64,000 bases of DNA, from assembly GCA_017308115.1 (NCBI GenBank), contig JAFKFS010000016.1, forward strand, positions 37-64,036. Reading direction: 5' to 3'. The position numbers were made by a program, and so were the translations under genes. This document shows, one piece after another, positions 40,017-52,481 of the stretch (position 1 is the first letter of the stretch; each line of letters begins with the position of its first letter). The DNA is from Bordetella sp. GTDB taxonomy: Bacteria; Pseudomonadota; Alphaproteobacteria; Caulobacterales; Caulobacteraceae. Under the pieces are notes generated by a model that saw nothing but the letters and a program-made list of their open reading frames with translations, did no database searches and had not been told where the DNA came from.

Positions 40017-40955
40017 GTGCCCGCCGACCGACCCGCCAGGGGCGACAGCCCCGAAATCGCCGCCGAGGCGCTGAAGACAGGGCGCCTGGTCATCCTGCCG
40101 ACCGAGACGGTCTATGGGCTGGCGGCCGACGCCTCCAATCCGCAGGCCGTGGCCCGGATATTCGAGGCCAAGGGGCGGCCGCGTTTCAATCCCCTGATCG
40201 CCCACGTCGCCAATGCTCTGGACGCCGAGGCGGTCGCCGTGTTCGACGCCAAGGCGCGGGCTTTGGGCGAGACCTTCTGGCCGGGACCGCTGACCCTGGT
40301 GGCGCCGGTGCGTGATCGCGATCGGGTGTGCGACCTGGCGCGGGCGGGGCTGGACAGCGTCGCCGTGCGCGTGCCGGGGCACCCGCGCGCGCGGGCCGTC
40401 ATCGGCGCCTTCGGCGGGCCGGTCGTGGCGCCCTCGGCCAACCGTTCGGGACGGCCCAGCCCGACGACCTTCGCCGACGCCCTGGAGGAGACAGGCCATG
40501 CCGTCGGCGCGGCCGTGGACGGCGGCCCTTGCGCCGTGGGGGTGGAAAGCACGGTCGTCTCGGTGCTGGACGGGCGGGTCGCCCTGCTGCGCCCCGGCTC
40601 CATCACCCGCGAAGAGATCGAGGCCGTCGCCGGGCCGTTGGCCGAGAGCGGGCAGGGGCATCGCTCGCCCGGCCGTCTGGCGCTGCACTATGCGCCCGAT
40701 GCGCCCGTGCGGATCGAGGCGGACGGCGCCGGGGACGGCGAAATCCTGCTGGGCTTCGGCCCGGGCGTCGGCGATCCGCGCTGGAGCCTCAGCCCGAGCG
40801 GCGACCTGCGCGAGGCGGCGGCCAACCTGTTCCGCCTGCTGCGCGAAGCGGATCGCGCCCACCCCGCCGGGATCGCCGTGTCGCCGGTTCCGGCCAAGGG
40901 GCTGGGCGAGGCGATCAACGACCGTCTGCGCCGCGCGGCGGGCTTCGTGGGCTAG
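40017..40955 (+). CDS. tsaC: L-threonylcarbamoyladenylate synthase (Sua5 type)
   Basis: LPTETVYGLAADA, KGRPRFNPLIAH, FWPGPLT, APSANRSG, GVESTV, SPGRLALHYAP, AINDRLRRAA. Confidence 0.93.
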   Translation: MPADRPARGDSPEIAAEALKTGRLVILPTETVYGLAADASNPQAVARIFEAKGRPRFNPLIAHVANALDAEAVAVFDAKARALGETFWPGPLTLVAPVRDRDRVCDLARAGLDSVAVRVPGHPRARAVIGAFGGPVVAPSANRSGRPSPTTFADALEETGHAVGAAVDGGPCAVGVESTVVSVLDGRVALLRPGSITREEIEAVAGPLAESGQGHRSPGRLALHYAPDAPVRIEADGAGDGEILLGFGPGVGDPRWSLSPSGDLREAAANLFRLLREADRAHPAGIAVSPVPAKGLGEAINDRLRRAAGFVG

Positions 40956-41977
40956 AGAAAACGCGCCTTCACATCCACGCTGGACGCCTTGCCGACCTGG
41001 GGCAGGCAGGTCTCAAGCCAGGCCTCGGCCGCCGTCCGGCCGTGCTGCTTCAGCTTGTTCAGATAGGTCCACTCGGTGTCGAATTTGGAGTGCAGCGACT
41101 GGCCGCCCAGCCACTCGTCGGCCTCGACGACGTGGATGCGGATGCCGCGCCGACGGTCTTCGCCGGGCTTCAGCTTGCCCTCGGCGATCAGGTCCTGAAC
41201 GAAGGCGACGGCCCTCAGTTCGGCGACCAGCGGGGCGTTGCAGACGATCTCGTTCAGCCGGTCGTTGATCTCGCCCGCCTCACGCGGAGTCTCGCCGCGC
41301 TGGAACGGGTTGAGCGGCAATAGCAGCACGTCGTCCGGCGTGTCGGCGTAGAACAGCGGCCATAGCGCCGGGTTGGCCAGATAGCCTCCGTCCCAATAGG
41401 GCTCGCCCTCGATCTCGACCGCCTGGAACAACTGGGGCAGACAGGCCGAGGCGAGCAGCACCTCGGGGGCCATTTCCTCGGACCTGAAGATGCGCGAGCG
41501 GCCCGCGCGCACCGCCGTCGTCGAGACGAACAGGCGGATGTCGGAGGCGCGCAGGGCCTCGAAATCCACCGCGGTCTCCAGCACCCGGCGCAGCGGGTTC
41601 AGGTTGAAGGGGTTGAAGGCGTAGGGGCTCATCGACAGGGCCAGGGTTTGCCCCGTCTGCCACAGGGGCGTGTCCTTCAGCCAATCGGGCGTCATGGCCT
41701 TGGACCAGACGGAGCTGTCGCCGAAGACATTTCGCCCGCCGGACTGGTTCACCTCGCGCCACAGCTTGTCCAAAGCCTCGCGCGCCCCTTCGGCGCCGCC
41801 GCGTTCCAGGCCGGTGATCAGGGCGGCGGCGTTCATCGCCCCGGCCGAGGCGGCGGTGACGGCGCGCACGTCCAGCACGTCGGCCTCCAGCAGGCGGTCC
41901 AGCACGCCCCACTGAAAGGCGCCGTGCGCGCCGCCGCCCTGCAGGGCCAGACAGATGGGCTTGCGTTTCGTCGCCAT
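40952..41977 (-). CDS. Patatin-like phospholipase/esterase
   Basis: LQGGGAHGA, AASAG nucleophile elbow, YWDGG. Confidence 0.9.
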   Translation of the reverse strand: MATKRKPICLALQGGGAHGAFQWGVLDRLLEADVLDVRAVTAASAGAMNAAALITGLERGGAEGAREALDKLWREVNQSGGRNVFGDSSVWSKAMTPDWLKDTPLWQTGQTLALSMSPYAFNPFNLNPLRRVLETAVDFEALRASDIRLFVSTTAVRAGRSRIFRSEEMAPEVLLASACLPQLFQAVEIEGEPYWDGGYLANPALWPLFYADTPDDVLLLPLNPFQRGETPREAGEINDRLNEIVCNAPLVAELRAVAFVQDLIAEGKLKPGEDRRRGIRIHVVEADEWLGGQSLHSKFDTEWTYLNKLKQHGRTAAEAWLETCLPQVGKASSVDVKARFL

Positions 41978-42006
41978 GCGCCCCCCGTGAACGGTCGCCG
42001 TGAAGC

Positions 42007-42795
42007 CTATTGGGCCGTCCAGCCCCCATCGACGGAGAAGTGGGCGCCGTTGGCCGAGGCGCCGAGGTCCGACGCCAGATAGAGGAAGAGGCCCGCCAGT
42101 TCGTCGGTCGTGACGAAGCGCTTGGTCGGCTGCGAGCCCAGGATGACGGTCTTCATCACCTCGTCCTCGCTCATGCCGCGGGTGCGGGCCTGATCCTCGA
42201 TCTGCTTGGCGACGATCGGCGTCTCGACGAAGCCGGGGCAGATGGCGTTGCAGGTGATGTTGTCCTGCGCCAGTTCCAGGGCCGCCGTCTTGGTGAAGCC
42301 GATCACCCCGTGCTTGGCGGCGACATAGGCCGACTTGAACGGGCTGGCGACCAGTCCGTGGGCCGAGGCGATGTTGATGATCCGGCCGCGTCCCTGCGCC
42401 TTCATGATCGGGATCGCCGCCTTGGCGGCGTAGAAGGTCGAGGACAGGTTGATGGCGATGATCTTCTCCCACGCGTCGGCGGGGAAGTTCTCGACGGCCT
42501 CGACGTGCTGGATGCCGGCGTTGTTGACCAGGATGTCGAGGCGGCCCAGCTCACGCTGCGCCGTGGCGATCATGTCCTCGATCTGATCCGGTCGGGTCAT
42601 GTCGGCCGGGTGATAGAGGACGCGCACGCCCGTCTCGGCGGCCAGGTCCGCGCGGGTCTTCTCGATGGCGTCCGGATCGCCCAGGCCGTTCAGCATCACG
42701 TCGCCGCCGCACTGGGCCACAGCCCGGGCCAGGGCCAGTCCGATGCCGGAAGTCGAGCCGGTGACGACCGCGACCCGGCCCTTGAGATCGTTCAT
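42007..42795 (-). CDS. bdhA: 3-hydroxybutyrate dehydrogenase
   Basis: TGSTSGIG, NNAGIQH, SAHGLVASPFKSAYVAAKHG, ICPGFVETP. Confidence 0.92.
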   Translation of the reverse strand: MNDLKGRVAVVTGSTSGIGLALARAVAQCGGDVMLNGLGDPDAIEKTRADLAAETGVRVLYHPADMTRPDQIEDMIATAQRELGRLDILVNNAGIQHVEAVENFPADAWEKIIAINLSSTFYAAKAAIPIMKAQGRGRIINIASAHGLVASPFKSAYVAAKHGVIGFTKTAALELAQDNITCNAICPGFVETPIVAKQIEDQARTRGMSEDEVMKTVILGSQPTKRFVTTDELAGLFLYLASDLGASANGAHFSVDGGWTAQ

Positions 42796-42870
42796 CGCGA
42801 ACATTGTAGAGGGGACCCGTTGGCTGGTGATGCTGCAGCGCAGCCTAACCGCAGACGCTCAATCTGGCGA

Positions 42871-43644
42871 TCAGGAATTTCCTTCTCTGATGAATATCCA
42901 GTCCGTGTCGTTCGACAGGCTCTTGTCGAAGCGGTAGCCGTCGCGATCGAAGGCCTTCAGGTCCTCGACCTTCTCCAGGCGGTTCTCGATGGCGAAGCGG
43001 GCCATGCCGCCGCGCGCCTTCTTGGCGTAGAAGGAGATGATGCGGGCCTCGCCGTCCTTCTTCTCCTTGAAGTGGGGCGTCACGACCGGCAGCTTCAGCG
43101 CCCGCGCGTCGACCGCGCCGAAATACTCCTGGCTGGCCAGGTTCACCAGGGTGCGTTCGGGCAGTTTCTCCGCATCCTCGTTGAGCCGCAGCGAGATACG
43201 CTCGCCCCAGAAGTCATAGAGGGTCGAGCCGCGTTTGGTCTTGAGGCGGACGCCCATCTCCAGCCGATAGGGATGGATCGCGTCCAGCGGCCGCAGCAGG
43301 CCGTAGAAGCCGGACAGGATGCGCAGGTGATCCTGGGCCCAGTTCAGATCGTCGACCGACAGGGTGCGGGCGGACAACCCCTCATAGACATCGCCCGCGA
43401 AGGCGAAGACGGCCTGGAGCGCGCCTTCGGAGGCGTCGTTGTCGAAGGCCTGGAAGCGCTGATAGTTGAGTTCGGCCAGGGCGTCGGAGATCGACATCAG
43501 GCGACGCAGGTCCGCGCGGCTCAGTTGGCGCGTCACCTTGGCCAGTTCGGCGGTCTCGTCGGCGCATCGCCTCGGCGTCGCGGGGGCGTCGAGGGCGGGC
43601 GGATTGAAGTCCAGCTTTTTGGCCGGGGACAGGACGATCAGCAA
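42871..43644 (-). CDS. yaaA: Peroxide stress protein YaaA
   Basis: LSPAKKL, FAGDVYEGL, LRILSGFYGLLRPLD, YRLEMG, NLASQEY, AKKARG. Confidence 0.93.
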   Translation of the reverse strand: MLIVLSPAKKLDFNPPALDAPATPRRCADETAELAKVTRQLSRADLRRLMSISDALAELNYQRFQAFDNDASEGALQAVFAFAGDVYEGLSARTLSVDDLNWAQDHLRILSGFYGLLRPLDAIHPYRLEMGVRLKTKRGSTLYDFWGERISLRLNEDAEKLPERTLVNLASQEYFGAVDARALKLPVVTPHFKEKKDGEARIISFYAKKARGGMARFAIENRLEKVEDLKAFDRDGYRFDKSLSNDTDWIFIREGNS

Positions 43645-43739
43645 GACGATCGACTCCCTATGCGTCTCAAGAGCGGGCCTCATAGGCCGCTTCCATGACG
43701 TTTTGAACCGTCTGAAACGTCACAGACGGTCGCAAGACC

Positions 43740-45143
43740 TCAGAAGAGGACCGCCGGATTCATGATGCGCTTCGGGTCTATGGCCTGGCGGATCGCCTGC
43801 ATGGTCGCGATCTCCAGCGGCGATTTATAGCGCCGGGCCTCGTCGGTTTTCAGCCGTCCCAGACCGTGTTCCGCCGAAATCGACCCGTCGTAGCGGGCGA
43901 CGACGTCGTGAACGACTTCAGATCCCTCCATCCACCGGGCGATGAAGGCGGAGACGTCTTCGTCCACGCCGGGGATCACGTCATAGTGAAGATTGCCGTC
44001 GCCCACGTGGCCGAAGACCGAGATGCGGCAGCCGGAATGGAAGGTCTCGACCGCCGCGCTCGCCTCCTCGATGAAGTCGGCGATACGCGAGACGGGAACG
44101 GAGACGTCGTGTTTCCACCCGCCGCCTTCCGGCTTGAGGGCGGCCGAGTGTTCTTCGCGCAGACGCCAGAATGCGGCCTTCTGCGCGTCGTTCTGGGCGA
44201 TGGCGGCGTCGACGATCAGGCCTTCGTCGAAGGCGGCGGTCAGCAAGCGCTCCATCGCCGCCTCGGCGCCGTTCGGATCGCCCGAGGCCAGTTCGATCAG
44301 CACATACCAGGGGGGCGTCGTCTCCAGCGGCTCGCGCGTGTCGGGGATGTTCTTGAGCACCAGGGCCATGCCCAGCCGCTTCATCAGCTCGAACGCCTCG
44401 ACGCCGCCGCCGGTCTCGGCCTTGGCGCGGGCCAGAAGGACGACCGCGTCGTCGGGGCTTTCCACGCCGACGACGGCCGTGGCGCGGCTGCGCATGACGG
44501 GAAACAGCTTCAGCGTCGCCGCCGTCACCACGCCCAGGGTGCCCTCGGCCCCGATGAAGAGCTGCTTCAGGTCGTAGCCGGTGTTGTCCTTGCGCAGACG
44601 CTTGAGGCCGTTGAACACCTGACCGTCGGGCATCACCGCCTCTATGCCCAGCACCAGGTCGCGCATCATGCCGTAGCGCAGGACGGCGGTGCCGCCGGCG
44701 TTGGTCGAGATCACGCCGCCGATGGTGGCCGAGCCTTCGGCCGCGAGGCTGAGCGGGAAGAAGCGATCCTTCGCCTTCGCCAGTTCCTGAGCCTCCAGCA
44801 GGGTGACGCCGGCCTCGAGCGTCATGGCGTCGTCCAGCGGCGTCACGTCGCGCACGGTCCGCAGCCTGCGCGTGGACAGCAGGACCTCGCCGTAGGGAAT
44901 CTGGCCCCCGACCAGGCCGGTGCCGCCGCCCTGCGTCACCATGGCTGTGCCGTGACGAGCGCAGATCTCGACGGCGCGGGCGACCTCCTCGGTCGTGCGC
45001 GGCAGCAGAAGCAGCGGCGTCGCGCCCGTCCATCGGCCGCGCCATTCGGTCAGCCACGGCGCCATTTCATCGGCGTCCTGGGTCCAGGCGCCGGGCAGGG
45101 CGGCTTTGAGTTCGGCGAGCGATTCTGGCGTCGGGAGGGTCAT
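43740..45143 (-). CDS. FAD-binding oxidoreductase (D-2-hydroxyacid dehydrogenase/GlcD-like)
   Basis: [59 protein letters not shown]. Confidence 0.92.
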   Translation of the reverse strand: MTLPTPESLAELKAALPGAWTQDADEMAPWLTEWRGRWTGATPLLLLPRTTEEVARAVEICARHGTAMVTQGGGTGLVGGQIPYGEVLLSTRRLRTVRDVTPLDDAMTLEAGVTLLEAQELAKAKDRFFPLSLAAEGSATIGGVISTNAGGTAVLRYGMMRDLVLGIEAVMPDGQVFNGLKRLRKDNTGYDLKQLFIGAEGTLGVVTAATLKLFPVMRSRATAVVGVESPDDAVVLLARAKAETGGGVEAFELMKRLGMALVLKNIPDTREPLETTPPWYVLIELASGDPNGAEAAMERLLTAAFDEGLIVDAAIAQNDAQKAAFWRLREEHSAALKPEGGGWKHDVSVPVSRIADFIEEASAAVETFHSGCRISVFGHVGDGNLHYDVIPGVDEDVSAFIARWMEGSEVVHDVVARYDGSISAEHGLGRLKTDEARRYKSPLEIATMQAIRQAIDPKRIMNPAVLF

Positions 45144-45220
45144 ATCGGCCTTGTGGCAAAAGGCACGCCGTGGTGGAAGCGCAAAACCTTGCCTTCTGGC
45201 GGTCAATTCAAGGGCGAAAC

Positions 45221-45673
45221 ATGACTCCGACACCCGCCGTGGGCGTCGTCTGCCTGAGAGGCGACGAGGTGCTGCTGATCCGCCGAGGCAAGCCGCCGCG
45301 CCAGGGCGAATGGAGCCTGCCCGGGGGCCGCATCGAGCCGGGCGAGCGGCTGGCCGACGCGGCGCTGCGCGAACTGCGCGAGGAGACGGGCGTCGAGGCG
45401 GAGCTGATCGGGCTGATCGACGTGGTGGACGGACTGTTTCCCGAGGCCGGCCGGCACTATGTGCTGATCGACTACGCCGCGCGCTGGCGGTCCGGCGAGC
45501 CGGTCGCCGGCGACGACGCGGCCGAGGCGGCCTTCCTTCCCTTCCAGAGGGCGCTGAGCCTGGTCGACTGGGAGGAGACGCGGCGCGTCATCCGCCTGGC
45601 GCGGCGCATGGCTGACGCGGATGTCATGCTGACGGAACCGGATTCTGTGGCGCGATCCTTCCGGGGCGGCTAG
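45221..45673 (+). CDS. NUDIX hydrolase
   Basis: [23 protein letters not shown] Nudix box. Confidence 0.92.
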   Translation: MTPTPAVGVVCLRGDEVLLIRRGKPPRQGEWSLPGGRIEPGERLADAALRELREETGVEAELIGLIDVVDGLFPEAGRHYVLIDYAARWRSGEPVAGDDAAEAAFLPFQRALSLVDWEETRRVIRLARRMADADVMLTEPDSVARSFRGG

Positions 45674-45698
45674 GCTCGTCTTCCAACTGGAGGGCTTT

Positions 45699-46697
45699 AT
45701 GAATTTTTCGCTGATATTCTTCGTGATGTTCGCGGTCTTCGCGCTGATCTTCCTGTTCAGCGTCATCAAGATCGTGCCGCAAGGGCGTGAATTCACGGTG
45801 GAACGCTTCGGCAAATACACCAAGACCCTGACGCCGGGCATCCACATCCTGACCCCGTTCGTCGAGCGCATCGGCCGCCGCATGAACATGATGGAGCAGG
45901 TGCTGGACGTGCCGACCCAGGAGGTCATCACCCGCGACAACGCCATGGTGAAGGTCGACGGCATCGTCTTCATCCAGGTGATGGACGCGGCCAAGGCGGC
46001 CTATCGCGTCGACGACCTGACCTACGCCATCGCCCAGCTGTGCATGACCAATCTGCGGACCGTGGTCGGCTCGATGGAGCTGGACGAGGTGCTGAGCCAG
46101 CGCGACAGCATCAACACCCGCCTGCTGCATGTCATCGACGCCGCGACCGAGCCGTGGGGCATCAAGGCCAACCGCATCGAGATCAAGGACCTGACGCCGC
46201 CGGTGGACATTACCAACGCCATGGCCCGCCAGATGAAGGCCGAACGCGAGCGCCGGGCCGTCATCACCGAGGCGGACGGCGAGAAGCAGGCCGCCATCGC
46301 CCGCGCCGAGGGCGCCAAGCAGGCGGCGATCCTGGAGGCCGAGGGGCGCAAGGAAGCCGCCTTCCGCGACGCCGAGGCCCGTGAGCGCGAGGCCGAGGCC
46401 GAGGCCAAGGCCACCGCCATGGTGTCCGAGGCGATCGCCCGCGGCGACGTCAACGCCATCAACTACTTCGTGGCCCAGAAGTATGTAGAAGCCTTCGCCG
46501 AACTGGCCCGCAGCCCGCAGCAGAAGACGGTCATCGTGCCCTCCGAGATGGGCGCCCTGGTCGGGACCATCGCGGGGGTCGGCGAACTGGTCGGCCTGGC
46601 CAAGGAGCAGCAGCAGGTCCGCACCGAGGCCCGCCAGGCCGCGCCGCGCGCCGCTGCGTCGCGTCGGGCAGGCGGCGCCGTGCCCACGACGGAGTAG
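45699..46697 (+). CDS. SPFH/band-7 (stomatin-like) protein
   Basis: VERFGKY, QEVITRDNA, TNLRTVVGSMELD, PWGIK, QMKAERERRA. Confidence 0.93.
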   Translation: MNFSLIFFVMFAVFALIFLFSVIKIVPQGREFTVERFGKYTKTLTPGIHILTPFVERIGRRMNMMEQVLDVPTQEVITRDNAMVKVDGIVFIQVMDAAKAAYRVDDLTYAIAQLCMTNLRTVVGSMELDEVLSQRDSINTRLLHVIDAATEPWGIKANRIEIKDLTPPVDITNAMARQMKAERERRAVITEADGEKQAAIARAEGAKQAAILEAEGRKEAAFRDAEAREREAEAEAKATAMVSEAIARGDVNAINYFVAQKYVEAFAELARSPQQKTVIVPSEMGALVGTIAGVGELVGLAKEQQQVRTEARQAAPRAAASRRAGGAVPTTE

Positions 46698-46700
46698 GCC

Positions 46701-47159
46701 ATGGACTGGTTCATCTCCCTTTACGCCTCTCAGCCGTTCTGGCTGTGGCTGGCGGTCGGCGTCGTCCTGCTGGGGATAGAGGCGGCGGCGTCGACCGAAT
46801 GGCTGCTGTGGCCGGCGGTGTCGGCGGGGCTGACGGCCCTGCTGTCCGCCCTGGCGCCGCAGCTGGGCCTGCCGGTCGAGATCGGGGTCTTCGCGGCGCT
46901 GACCGTGGCCTCCACCGTCCTGTCGCGACGTCTGATCAAGCGGGTGAACCCCGAGGATCAGCCCGACATCAATGACCGCGACGTCCGCCTGGTGGGCGCG
47001 CGCGCTCGCGTGGTCGAGGCCTTTGTCGGCGGGCGCGGCCGGGTCTTCGTGTCGGGCTCGGAATGGCCGGCCGAGATCGAGGGCGTCTCGCCCCTGGCGG
47101 GCGAGAGCGTGATCATCGAATCCGTGTCCGGTTCCCTGTTGAAGGTGCGGGCAGCCTAG
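46701..47159 (+). CDS. NfeD family membrane protein
   Basis: TM N-terminus, [18 protein letters not shown]; canonical partner of SPFH genes. Confidence 0.88.
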   Translation: MDWFISLYASQPFWLWLAVGVVLLGIEAAASTEWLLWPAVSAGLTALLSALAPQLGLPVEIGVFAALTVASTVLSRRLIKRVNPEDQPDINDRDVRLVGARARVVEAFVGGRGRVFVSGSEWPAEIEGVSPLAGESVIIESVSGSLLKVRAA

Positions 47160-47608
47160 CGACCGCGCGTCTCCGCCACGCCGCGATTGGCCAGGCCGTC
47201 GGCGCGTTCGTTCAGGGCGTGGCCGGCGTGTCCCTTGACCCAATGCCATTTGACCTCGTGGCGGCTGCGGGCCTCGTCCAGGCGCCGCCACAGGTCCTCG
47301 TTCTTGACCGGCTTCTTGTCGGCCGTCTTCCAGCCGCGCGCCTTCCAGCCGCGAATCCATTCGGTCACGCCCTGCATGACGTATTTGCTGTCGGTGTGCA
47401 GATCGACGCGGCAGGGGCGTTTCAGCGCCTCAAGCGCCATGATGGCCGCCATCAGCTCCATGCGGTTGTTGGTCGTCAGGGGCTCGCCGCCCCACAGTTC
47501 CTTCTCGTGGCCGCCGCCGGTTTGCAGGATCGCGCCCCAGCCGCCGGGGCCGGGATTGCCCTTGCAGGCGCCGTCGGTGTGGATGATGACGTGATCGTTG
47601 AGACTCAT
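47156..47608 (-). CDS. rnhA: Ribonuclease HI
   Basis: [49 protein letters not shown]. Confidence 0.97.
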   Translation of the reverse strand: MSLNDHVIIHTDGACKGNPGPGGWGAILQTGGGHEKELWGGEPLTTNNRMELMAAIMALEALKRPCRVDLHTDSKYVMQGVTEWIRGWKARGWKTADKKPVKNEDLWRRLDEARSRHEVKWHWVKGHAGHALNERADGLANRGVAETRGR

Positions 47609-47723
47609 GGCCGCGATGCGTACAGCGTCCCTTGGCGCGTCGCCATCACTCAGCCTATATGACGCACAACAATCAGTCGGTGGGGCCGCGTCTCGGCGAG
47701 CCCGCCCTTGAGGAGGTATCGCC

Positions 47724-47939
47724 ATGGGCTCCATGAGCATCTGGCACTGGGCCATCGTCGTCGTCGTCGTGCTGGTCCTTTTCGGCGGCCGGGGCAAGCT
47801 GTCGGGCATCATGGGCGACGCGGCCAAGGGCATCCGCGCCTTCAAGGACGGCCTGAAGGACGATGCGGAGACCAAGGGCAAGGACGCTCCGGGCGCCTTG
47901 CCGCGCACCGAGGCCGAAAAAGAAGAACTGAACCGCTGA
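47724..47939 (+). CDS. tatA: Twin-arginine translocase TatA
   Basis: [12 protein letters not shown]...LFGGRGKLS...GIRAFKDG; GAGGAGG RBS. Confidence 0.95.
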   Translation: MGSMSIWHWAIVVVVVLVLFGGRGKLSGIMGDAAKGIRAFKDGLKDDAETKGKDAPGALPRTEAEKEELNR

Positions 47940-47962
47940 CCCTGGCCGAAAGACGCTGAACC

Positions 47963-48499
47963 ATGGGTGGTCTTGGCCCCGGAATCGGCGGGTTCGAAAT
48001 CCTTGTCATCGGTATTGTGGCCCTGCTGGTGGTGGGACCCAAGGACCTGCCTGTGCTGATGCGCAAGGTCGGCCAGTTCGTCGGCAAGGCGCGCAGCATG
48101 GCCAATGAGTTCCGCGCCAGCTTCGACGAAATGGCGCGGCAGTCTGAACTGGACGAACTGCGCAAGGAGGTCGAGGCGCTGCGGTCGGGGCAGGGGATGT
48201 ACGCCCTGGGCGCCGAGGCGGACGAGGCCTTCAAGGACATCCGCAAGGAGCTTGAGGCGCCGCTTGAACCGTCTGCGGAGACGGGCGTCGCGCCTGAGAC
48301 GCCGGCGGAGCCCGCGCCCGTCGCGACCGGCGTGGACGAGTGGCCGGACGCCGTCGCCAAGGCCGAAGCGCCCGCGACTGAAACGCCCAAGCCCGCCGCC
48401 AAGCCTCGGACGAAGAAGGCCGCCGCCGCGACCTCATCCTCGTTGAAGCCGCCGGCCTCGCGTCCCAAGGTCAAGCGCGCCAAGAAGGTTGATCTATGA
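47963..48499 (+). CDS. tatB: Twin-arginine translocase TatB
   Basis: [28 protein letters not shown]. Confidence 0.93.
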   Translation: MGGLGPGIGGFEILVIGIVALLVVGPKDLPVLMRKVGQFVGKARSMANEFRASFDEMARQSELDELRKEVEALRSGQGMYALGAEADEAFKDIRKELEAPLEPSAETGVAPETPAEPAPVATGVDEWPDAVAKAEAPATETPKPAAKPRTKKAAAATSSSLKPPASRPKVKRAKKVDL

Positions 48500-49383
48500 G
48501 CCGCCTCGATCGCGACGAAGCCGAGATCGAGGCGTCGCGCGCGCCCCTGATGGATCACCTGATCGAGTTGCGCTCGCGGCTGATGATCTGCGTGGTCGCC
48601 TTCGTGGTCGCCTTCATCGGCTGTTTCGCCTTTTCCGAGACCCTCTATCTGTTCCTGGTGAAGCCCTATGTGGTCTCGGCCGCCTTCCACCAGACCGTGG
48701 GGGCGCACGGCCATGTGTCGCCGTTCAGCCTGATCCTGGGCACGGCGGGGCTGATCCCCGTGCCCGACGTCGATCACAACAGCGTGCGCCTGATCTACAC
48801 CGCGCCGCTGGAGATTCTGTTCACCAAGATGAAGCTGGCGGCCCTGGGCGCCGTGATCGTGGCCTTCCCGGTCCTGGCCTGGCAGCTGTATCGCTTCGTC
48901 GCGCCGGGCCTGTATCGCAATGAGAAGGGCGCCTTCCTGCCCTTCCTGATCGCGGCGCCGGTGCTGTTCCTGCTGGGCGCGGCGCTGGTCTATTACGTCA
49001 TGCTGCCCTTCGTGATGTGGTTCTCGCTGAGCCAGCAGATCATCGGCGAGGGGGTGGCGGCCGAGCTGCTGCCCAAGGTGTCGGATTACCTGAACCTGGT
49101 GACGGCCCTGATCCTGGCCTTCGGCCTTTGCTTCCAGCTTCCGGTCGTCATGACCCTTCTGGGGCTGGCGGGTCTGATCAACAGCCAGATGATGGCCAAG
49201 GGGCGCCGCTACGCCATCGTCGCCGTGGTCGTGGTCGCCGCCGTGGTGACGCCGCCTGATCCGATCAGCCAGCTCATGCTGGCCGTGCCGATGGTCCTGC
49301 TCTACGAGGTCTCCATCTGGTGCGTCCGCATCATCGAACTGCGCCGCAGGAAAGCCGACAGGGCCGAGGGGCTGTCGGCCTGA
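48496..49383 (+). CDS. tatC: Twin-arginine translocase TatC
   Basis: PLMDHLIELRSRL, FVAPGLY, FGLCFQLP, TPPDPISQ, LYE. Confidence 0.95.
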   Translation: MSRLDRDEAEIEASRAPLMDHLIELRSRLMICVVAFVVAFIGCFAFSETLYLFLVKPYVVSAAFHQTVGAHGHVSPFSLILGTAGLIPVPDVDHNSVRLIYTAPLEILFTKMKLAALGAVIVAFPVLAWQLYRFVAPGLYRNEKGAFLPFLIAAPVLFLLGAALVYYVMLPFVMWFSLSQQIIGEGVAAELLPKVSDYLNLVTALILAFGLCFQLPVVMTLLGLAGLINSQMMAKGRRYAIVAVVVVAAVVTPPDPISQLMLAVPMVLLYEVSIWCVRIIELRRRKADRAEGLSA

Positions 49384-49436
49384 CGGCGCTTCAGAAGCCC
49401 TGGCGTGCGTGTCCTGCTGACTGCAAAGATTCCATG

Positions 49437-49470
49437 AAAAAGCCCCGGACGGCGGACCGTCCGGGGCTTT
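49437..49470. terminator. Bidirectional terminator between tatC and glnA
   Basis: A5-GCCCCGGACGG-cgga-CCGTCCGGGGC-TTT. Confidence 0.85.
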
Positions 49471-49492
49471 CTGCATCAGGCCGATCCGGGGA

Positions 49493-50902
49493 TCAGCAGC
49501 TGTAGTACATGTCGAACTCGACCGGGTGCGGATGCAGTTGAAGCCGGGCGACCTCTTCCTGCTTCAGGGTGATGTAGGCGTCGATGAAGTCGTCATCCAT
49601 GACGCCGCCCTTCTTGAGGAAGGCGCGGTCGGCGTCGAGCGCCTCAAGGGCTTCCTTCAGCGAACCGGCGACTTCCGGGATCGAGTGACGCTCTTCCGGC
49701 GGCAGGTCGTACAGGTTCTTGTCGGCGGCCGCGCCCGGATCGATGCGGTTCTCGATGCCGTCCAGGCCCGCCATCAGCAGGGCGACGAACGTCAGATAGG
49801 GGTTGCCCATCGGATCGGGGAAGCGCGCCTCGATACGCTTGGCCTTGGGCGAAGAAACGTGCGGGATGCGGATCGAGGCCGAGCGGTTGCGCGCCGAATA
49901 GGCCAGCTTCACCGGCGCCTCATAGCCCGGCACCAGACGCTTGTAGCTGTTGGTGGTCGAGTTGGCGAAGGCGTTGATGGCCTTGGCGTGCTTGATGATG
50001 CCGCCGATGTACCACAGGCATTCCTGCGACAGGCCCGCATACTTGTCGCCGGCGAACTGGGGCTTGCCGTCCTTCCAGATCGACATGTGGACGTGCATGC
50101 CCGAGCCGTTGTCGCCGAACATGGGCTTGGCCATGAAGGTCGCCGACTTGCCGTAGGCGTGGGCCACGTTGTGGATCACATATTTGTACAGCTGCATCCG
50201 GTCGGCCATGGTCAGCAGGTCGCTGAACTTCAGGCCCAGTTCGTGCTGCGCCGGGGCGACCTCGTGGTGATGCTTCTCCGGGTCCAGACCCAGGTCCCGC
50301 ATGACGGCCAGCATCTCGCCGCGCAGGTCCTGGCCCGAGTCGACCGGATTGACCGGGAAATAGCCGCCCTTGGGACCGGGGCGATGGCCCAGGTTGCCCT
50401 CGGCGTACTCGGCGCCGGTGTTGGCGGGCAGTTCGGTGGAGTCGAAGCTGTAGCGGGTGTCGTGCGGCGCGGTGCTCCAGCGCACGTCGTCGAATACGAA
50501 GAACTCGGCTTCCGGACCGAAGAAGACGGTGTCGCCCACGCCCGACGACTGGACATAGGCCAGCGCCTTCTTGGCCATGGAGCGGCTGTCGCGGTTGTAG
50601 GGCTCGGCCGTGTCCGGGCTCAGCACGTCGCAGAACATGAACAGCGTCGTCTGCTGGTAGAAGGGATCGACATAGGCCGTCGCCAGGTCCGGCTTCAGCA
50701 GCATGTCGGACTCATTGATCGTCTTCCAGCCGGCGATCGACGAGCCGTCGAACATGGTGCCTTCTTCGAGGAATTCTTCATCGACCATGCCGATGTCGAA
50801 GGTCACGTGATGGACCCGCCCGCGCGTGTCGGTGAAGCGGAGATCGACGTACTGGACGTCCTTGTCCTTGATCTCTTGCAGGATCTTGTGGGCGGCGCTC
50901 AT
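49493..50902 (-). CDS. glnA: Glutamine synthetase type I
   Basis: [62 protein letters not shown]. Confidence 0.97.
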   Translation of the reverse strand: MSAAHKILQEIKDKDVQYVDLRFTDTRGRVHHVTFDIGMVDEEFLEEGTMFDGSSIAGWKTINESDMLLKPDLATAYVDPFYQQTTLFMFCDVLSPDTAEPYNRDSRSMAKKALAYVQSSGVGDTVFFGPEAEFFVFDDVRWSTAPHDTRYSFDSTELPANTGAEYAEGNLGHRPGPKGGYFPVNPVDSGQDLRGEMLAVMRDLGLDPEKHHHEVAPAQHELGLKFSDLLTMADRMQLYKYVIHNVAHAYGKSATFMAKPMFGDNGSGMHVHMSIWKDGKPQFAGDKYAGLSQECLWYIGGIIKHAKAINAFANSTTNSYKRLVPGYEAPVKLAYSARNRSASIRIPHVSSPKAKRIEARFPDPMGNPYLTFVALLMAGLDGIENRIDPGAAADKNLYDLPPEERHSIPEVAGSLKEALEALDADRAFLKKGGVMDDDFIDAYITLKQEEVARLQLHPHPVEFDMYYSC

Positions 50903-50934
50903 GGGGGGAGGTCCTGTAGCTGGGGAATTGAAAT

Positions 50935-50956
50935 CGGCCGCCCCGGGAGGCGGCCG
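50935..50956 (-). terminator. glnB-glnA intergenic hairpin (partial terminator or processing/stability stem)
   Basis: CGGCCGCC/GGCGGCCG 8-bp stem just after the glnB stop. Confidence 0.45.
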
Positions 50957-50960
50957 TTGA

Positions 50961-52245
<1,285 letters not shown>

Positions 52246-52251
52246 AAAGCC

Positions 52252-52336
52252 TGGTGCGGATGAGAGGACTCGAACCTCCACGCCTCGCGGCGCTGGAACC
52301 TAAATCCAGTGCGTCTACCAGTTCCGCCACATCCGC
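52252..52336 (-). tRNA. tRNA-Leu (TAG)
   Basis: GCGGATGTGGCGGAACTGGTAGACGCACTGGATTTAGGTTCCAGCGCCGCGAGGCGTGGAGGTTCGAGTCCTCTCATCCGCACCA; long variable arm; anticodon TAG. Confidence 0.97.
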
Positions 52337-52395
52337 ATAGGTTCGTCGGAGCCTGTAGGGGAGGGCGGCGGTTTCGGCAATCCCGCGCGGATATG

Positions 52396-52425
52396 AAAAA
52401 GGCCCCGGATCGCTCCGGGGCCTTT
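52396..52425 (-). terminator. Terminator of the amino-acid permease gene
   Basis: GGCCCCGGA/TCCGGGGCC stem with T5 on the minus strand. Confidence 0.8.
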
Positions 52426-52481
52426 CTGTTTTCGGCCTGTCGCGCTTCGCGCGGCTTGAGGCCGATCAGGACTGACCGGGA

